NCBI GenBank assembly: GCA_963663165.1 | Contig: OY760175.1 | Coordinates: 576,001-640,000 of the forward strand | Direction: 5' to 3' | From: an uncultured Desulfospira sp. | GTDB lineage: Bacteria > Desulfobacterota > Desulfobacteria > Desulfobacterales > Desulfobacteraceae | DNA length: 64,000 bases | In this document: in pieces, positions 59,444 through 64,000 of the stretch | How the letters are laid out: each line of letters opens with the position of its first letter | Numbering within the stretch: the stretch's first letter is position 1 | Made by a program: the position numbers and the translations under genes | Notes under the pieces: generated by a model | The model's database searches: none | Seen by the model: only the letters and a program-made list of their open reading frames with translations | What the model was told of the DNA's origin: nothing

Positions 59444-59920
59444 ATGCCAAAATATCAGGAAAAAGGATTCACCTTAGTGGAGTTAATCACGGTGATCAGC
59501 ATTGTGGCTATCATTTCAGCCATTGCCCTACCCAACATGGCCGGCATGATCAAAGACTATCGCCTCAGAAGTGCCGGCCGGCAATTGTTTTCCACCCTTC
59601 AAAGATTGAAAATGCGTGCGGTAAAGGAGAACATTGATACCAAGATTTATTTTGACCAGGACGGGACTTCAGGCCAATACTTTTATCAATCCTTTGTGGA
59701 TACGGATGATGATGATGCCATTGACACGGATGAGGCCTTTGACCGGGTGGATCTTGATGAAAACCTGACCATCGCCTACACCGGCAGCAACCCTAAAGGG
59801 TTTACCCCCCGGGGAAGGCCGTATGGCACCACGGGAAGCACCATCACCATCTCCTTGAACAATACCGGCAAGCAGGTGCAAATTGTTATGAACAGTGTTG
59901 GAAATATCAGGGCCCAATGA
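59444..59920 (+). CDS. FimT/GspH family minor pilin
   Basis: Prepilin site KG/FTLVEL, hydrophobic helix, C-terminal F.PRG...N.VG.I. Confidence 0.88.
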   Translation: MPKYQEKGFTLVELITVISIVAIISAIALPNMAGMIKDYRLRSAGRQLFSTLQRLKMRAVKENIDTKIYFDQDGTSGQYFYQSFVDTDDDDAIDTDEAFDRVDLDENLTIAYTGSNPKGFTPRGRPYGTTGSTITISLNNTGKQVQIVMNSVGNIRAQ

Positions 59921-60600
59921 AACCATTAATCCATCATAACGGAGAACACGGGTTCACCCTCATCGAATTGCTTATTGCCATGGCCCTGATCGGTATCGTT
60001 GCGGCAAGCCTGATCACCTCATATACGGGCCAGCAGGAATCCGAGCTGTCCCAAGAGCAGATCCTGGAAATGCAGGAGAATATCAGGGCAGGGCTCCACA
60101 TGATGACCTCGTACATCCGCATGGCCGGATATGATCCCTATGAGGGGCAGTATAACACCGGGATCACCCAGGCCGGAGACGGATTAAGTTCAGGATCTGC
60201 CCTTGAATTCACCTATGTGGATGAAAGCACCGGCAGTGTGAGCATCAAAACCATTTCCTTTTACCTTTATGATGCCAGCGCAGATGGGGATAATGATCTG
60301 GCCATGTCAGATGACGGATTAACCGGGGCTATTGCCGAAAATATTGTCAATGTATCTGATGCCAGTGATCCCTCCTATATTGCCGATACCACCAGCGCTG
60401 CCTACAAGGCCATGCGCCTGTTTGTCTATAAGGACGAAGATGGGGACGAGATAACTGATCCATCCAGTAATCTGGATGATATCCGGGCTGTTGAAATCCG
60501 CCTGACGGCAAGAGTGGACATCGGAGAAACAGATTATACGGTGAACAGCGCCACAAGGACGGTAACGACCCTTGTGCTGTGCAGAAATTTAGGATTGTGA
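59917..60600 (+). CDS. PilW-like minor pilin
   Basis: HG/FTLIELLIAM, MQENIRAG...M...IRMAGYDP, C-terminal RNLGL. Confidence 0.85.
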   Translation: MKPLIHHNGEHGFTLIELLIAMALIGIVAASLITSYTGQQESELSQEQILEMQENIRAGLHMMTSYIRMAGYDPYEGQYNTGITQAGDGLSSGSALEFTYVDESTGSVSIKTISFYLYDASADGDNDLAMSDDGLTGAIAENIVNVSDASDPSYIADTTSAAYKAMRLFVYKDEDGDEITDPSSNLDDIRAVEIRLTARVDIGETDYTVNSATRTVTTLVLCRNLGL

Positions 60601-61034
60601 TGAAACAAAGAATCTTTATAGAAAATCAGGGATTTACGCTTCTTGAACTGATGATTGCTTTAGGGATCCTTGCCATTGGCTTTCTGGCTGTCATCAGCCT
60701 TCATGTCAGCGCCATTCAGAACAACGAAAACGCTTCCCACTTTACCGAGGCCGCCTTTGCCAATCAGAGCCAGGCCGAGTATTTTATTTTAAGACCCTAT
60801 GCCAGCATTGACAATACCGGGGCTGGAGCCAACGGCTACACCACCGTCACCAACAGTAATTTCCCCAACCTTTATGAAACCATTCCTGACGGCTATACCT
60901 TAGAGTATAAAATGGTTCAAACCTTAGATTATAATTCCGACGGCACGGATGATGCAAAAGAGATATCCTTGAGAAGCATTGACAGCAATGGGGATGTTAA
61001 GTCTAACTTAACCTTTATCAAAACCAGGAACTGA
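60600..61034 (+). CDS. PilV-like minor pilin
   Basis: QG/FTLLELMIALGILAIGFLA; TGATG coupling to the previous gene. Confidence 0.82.
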   Translation: MKQRIFIENQGFTLLELMIALGILAIGFLAVISLHVSAIQNNENASHFTEAAFANQSQAEYFILRPYASIDNTGAGANGYTTVTNSNFPNLYETIPDGYTLEYKMVQTLDYNSDGTDDAKEISLRSIDSNGDVKSNLTFIKTRN

Positions 61035-61037
61035 TTT

Positions 61038-61628
61038 ATGGAAAAAAACCAGGCCCCCTATAAATTCAGACCCCGTTTTCCAGGGTGGCGGTTAAACCGG
61101 TTCCCAGAGTTGTCGCTTAACCTCAAGGGGAAATGTTCGTCCGGCCGTCCGACCGGCAATGAACAGGGATCCGTTTTGATCCTGGCCCTGATTCTTATGT
61201 CTGTCATAAGCATTCTTGCCGTCACTTCGGTCACCATGACGTCCACGGAATTTAAAATAGTCAGAAACGAACGCATTTACCAGGATAACTTTTACCGGGC
61301 TGAATCCGCAGCCCGCCAAGGCATTCAAACCCTTGAGGAGGCTTCAACCCGGGACCTTGAAGACAGAAGTTTTCAAACGCTGGCCTGGTTAAGCCAGGAA
61401 GATGACAATGCCGATATGTCCGACACCTCTTTGTGGGACAGCAGCAACTCAGCTTCGGCCAGCATTTCCAATGCCGATTATGCCGTAGTGGAAACCGGGA
61501 TCTCCCAGGGCAGCTCCCTTGACATGACCGCCACCAGCAATCTGTATAAATACGTTTCTTATGGGCACGGGCATTCCGGGAACGGGGGCACCTCTGTCAT
61601 CGAAATCGGTTATAAGATGAGGCATTGA
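61038..61628 (+). CDS. PilX-like minor pilin
   Basis: NEQG/SVLILALI (no E5), E..I.RN.....NFYRAESA. Confidence 0.82.
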   Translation: MEKNQAPYKFRPRFPGWRLNRFPELSLNLKGKCSSGRPTGNEQGSVLILALILMSVISILAVTSVTMTSTEFKIVRNERIYQDNFYRAESAARQGIQTLEEASTRDLEDRSFQTLAWLSQEDDNADMSDTSLWDSSNSASASISNADYAVVETGISQGSSLDMTATSNLYKYVSYGHGHSGNGGTSVIEIGYKMRH

Positions 61629-61643
61629 TGAAAGGAGAAAAGT

Positions 61644-64000
61644 ATGACCAACCGTAACCATTATATGTTTTATGCTATATATTTCCTTTTTTCTTTGATG
61701 CTGGTTCCCCCGACTGCCTTTGCCAAGCCCCCGAACCAACAGCCATCCACGATCACCTTGACCATTTATGCTTATCCCCAAGAGGTTTCCAGTACGAGCC
61801 CCAGTTTTCTGCTGCGGGTTAAAAACAAATTTAATCAATGGGAAACCCAGACCGTTCAGGCCTCCCAAAGCGTCACCATAGATAAAAACAACGATTTTGA
61901 ATTGATCATTTCCGATGTCGGGGGATGTACCTTAAATTACTGGTACCTTCAGAACGGTTATTACTGGTATTACGGAACCTCCACGCCGGTTTCGTTTACC
62001 TCCGGCCAAAGAAATATTGTTTTTTATATCTTTTACGACTGCTCCGGAACCACCTATTACAGGGACGCCGACGGTGACGGCTATGGGGATCCCAACAACA
62101 GCACCGTGGCCACATCCCAGCCGTATGGTTATGTGGACAATGATGATGACTGCTATGACAATGATGCCACAAAATATCTGGGAGAGACCTGGTTTAAAGA
62201 CAGTGATGCTGACGGGTACACGGACGGATCAACCCAGACCGCCTGTAACCGGCCGTCCGGGTACAGCCTTGAAACGGAACTTTTAGGGCAGGACGATTGT
62301 GATGATGACAATGCCGCCATTAACCCCGGGGCCACGGAAATCTGCCAGGACGGGGTAGACCAGAACTGTGACGGCAGTGATGCCTGCGGGACCCCCTATT
62401 ATCTGGATGCGGACCAGGACGGGTACGGGGATTCAGGTTCTGTTCTCTATGCCGAGTCCCAGCCCGCGGGGTATGTCACCAATGGAGATGACTGCGACGA
62501 CAACGATGCCGATGAATACCCGGGCCAGATCTGGTACCTGGATGCGGACCAGGACGGGTACGGCAGCGGTACCAGTGTGACCGCCTGTTCCCAGCCGGGT
62601 GGCAACTACAAGGTATCTAATGACCTGTCCGCTGTATCCGGGGACTGCAATGACAATGACGGGTCCATTCATCCCAATGCCACCGAAGTTTGTGAAGACG
62701 GTATCGACCAGGACTGTGACGGGTCAGATTCAAGCTGTCTTTCCGATAACGACGGGGACGGATCACCGGCCACAGAGGACTGTGACGACGGCGATGATAC
62801 CATTTGGCCCGGGGCGGTTGAAATCCCGGGGGACGGCATTGACCAGAACTGTGACGGGTCCGATGCCACGGCCGACACCTGTGTGGATTTAGCCGATGCG
62901 CCTTTGGACACCCAGCTCGATGCCTCAGCCCCCAACCTCATGTTCGGGTTAGATGATTCAGGCAGCATGGACTGGGAAATCATGACCAGCGAAACAGAGT
63001 CCCTTTTTGAAGTGGGGAACAGGGATTATGAATATGTGTTTGCGGATCCAGGGGACAATCTTTATCAGACCGGCGTTTACTCCTACAGCGTCAAAACCAG
63101 CGGCAAACAGGATTATTGGCGGTCCCAGTGGCACGAATATAATGTGATTTACTATAACCCCAGTGAAGATTATGACCCCTGGAACGATACCCTTGGGGAC
63201 GCGGATCCCGACAATCCCAGATCTCATCCCTATTACGACGCCAACTATTTTGACTTAAGTGCCCTTTACGGCTCCATTGACGGGGTGACCATCCCCAATG
63301 CCCATTACTATGTCTGGTCCGATGCGGCTTCTTTGCCTTATCTGGTCATTATAGACGGCGGTGCCATCACTTATTATAAGGTCAATGAAACTGGAGAGCG
63401 CATCGGAACCGGGGACCTGTCACAGACTTCAAGCCCGCCAGCGGATGTGGTGACCGGCCGGACCTATGCCGAAGAACGGCAGAATTTTGCCAACTGGTAC
63501 TCTTATTACCGGAAAAGAAGATCCACATCTGTTTCGGCCATTGCAAAGGTTCTGCCCGAGCTTCAGGGGGTGATGGTGGGGATGCGGAGCATTAACGGCC
63601 ATATTATTCAGTCGGTTCTCCCGGTGGGCGTGGAAGGCGTTGACCAAAGTGAGCAAGTTCTTGACAAATTGTTTTCCTACCATCCCGGAACCCACACCAT
63701 TGGCGGAACCCCTTTGCGCAAGGGCTTGAAGAAGATTGGACAGTACTATCATGTGGATGAGACCATCAACCCTTCGGAACCGGAACTGGCCACCTCTCCG
63801 TTGTCCATTGATGCCAGCGGAGAATGCCAGCAAAATTTTGCCATCATGTTCACAGACGGGGCTTACAACGGCCTGTCGCCGGGGCTTGGCAATGTGGACG
63901 GCGCCTACTCCGCGCCCTACGCCGATGACGCCTCCAACACCCTTGCCGATGTGGCCATGTACTACTGGCAGGAAGACCTGGCACCGGGCCTGGATGACAA
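61644..64000 (+). CDS. PilY1/PilC-like pilus tip adhesin with MopE-like Cys/Asp repeats (runs off window; not in ORF track)
   Basis: AAGGAG RBS, signal peptide MTNRNHY...PTAFA, repeats DCDDDNAAINPGATEICQDGVDQNCDG, then APNLMFGLDDSGSM, QNFANWYSYYR, GGTPLR, CQQNFAIMFTDG. Confidence 0.88.
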   Translation, partial: MTNRNHYMFYAIYFLFSLMLVPPTAFAKPPNQQPSTITLTIYAYPQEVSSTSPSFLLRVKNKFNQWETQTVQASQSVTIDKNNDFELIISDVGGCTLNYWYLQNGYYWYYGTSTPVSFTSGQRNIVFYIFYDCSGTTYYRDADGDGYGDPNNSTVATSQPYGYVDNDDDCYDNDATKYLGETWFKDSDADGYTDGSTQTACNRPSGYSLETELLGQDDCDDDNAAINPGATEICQDGVDQNCDGSDACGTPYYLDADQDGYGDSGSVLYAESQPAGYVTNGDDCDDNDADEYPGQIWYLDADQDGYGSGTSVTACSQPGGNYKVSNDLSAVSGDCNDNDGSIHPNATEVCEDGIDQDCDGSDSSCLSDNDGDGSPATEDCDDGDDTIWPGAVEIPGDGIDQNCDGSDATADTCVDLADAPLDTQLDASAPNLMFGLDDSGSMDWEIMTSETESLFEVGNRDYEYVFADPGDNLYQTGVYSYSVKTSGKQDYWRSQWHEYNVIYYNPSEDYDPWNDTLGDADPDNPRSHPYYDANYFDLSALYGSIDGVTIPNAHYYVWSDAASLPYLVIIDGGAITYYKVNETGERIGTGDLSQTSSPPADVVTGRTYAEERQNFANWYSYYRKRRSTSVSAIAKVLPELQGVMVGMRSINGHIIQSVLPVGVEGVDQSEQVLDKLFSYHPGTHTIGGTPLRKGLKKIGQYYHVDETINPSEPELATSPLSIDASGECQQNFAIMFTDGAYNGLSPGLGNVDGAYSAPYADDASNTLADVAMYYWQEDLAPGLDD

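Noticed and set aside
8435..63833. Many long antisense or nested ORFs in the track (e.g. 8435-9253, 11113-11745, 54723-55553)
   Set aside because: They are shadows of well-supported genes in another frame or strand and carry no recognisable motifs.

Overview
This window reads as a chromosomal segment of a sulfate-reducing deltaproteobacterium (Desulfobacteraceae-like; inferred from gene content, not searched). 1-18.5 kb is an exosortase/PEP-CTERM-type exopolysaccharide locus: sugar oxidoreductase, exosortase-EpsI fusion, WecA-like transferase, TPR lipoprotein, Wza, outer-membrane barrel, Wzz, tyrosine kinase and ExeA-like ATPase. It is interrupted at 3.4-8.7 kb by a dense, AT-rich array of at least six toxin-antitoxin (TA) pairs plus gene remnants. 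The array looks modular. Four blocks begin with a copy of the exosortase stop-codon junction, and two unrelated TA pairs share the same ~250-bp promoter/RBS leader ending at the ATG. No integrase or transposase is visible. The rest is mostly housekeeping: ihfA, purB, tRNA-Gly, aat-clpA-clpS-secA, an Aap-type amino-acid ABC transporter, surE, tRNA-Sec, larC, pgpA, recA, alaS and Yej-type permeases. The window ends in a type IV minor-pilin cluster whose PilY1-like gene runs off the edge and is missing from the ORF track. Several small non-coding repeat families recur: a ~150-bp MITE, a ~93-bp three-hairpin element, 73-75-bp perfect palindromes and GTAG-type REPs. Three of these show compensatory base changes. 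All protein calls come from motif recognition by eye.
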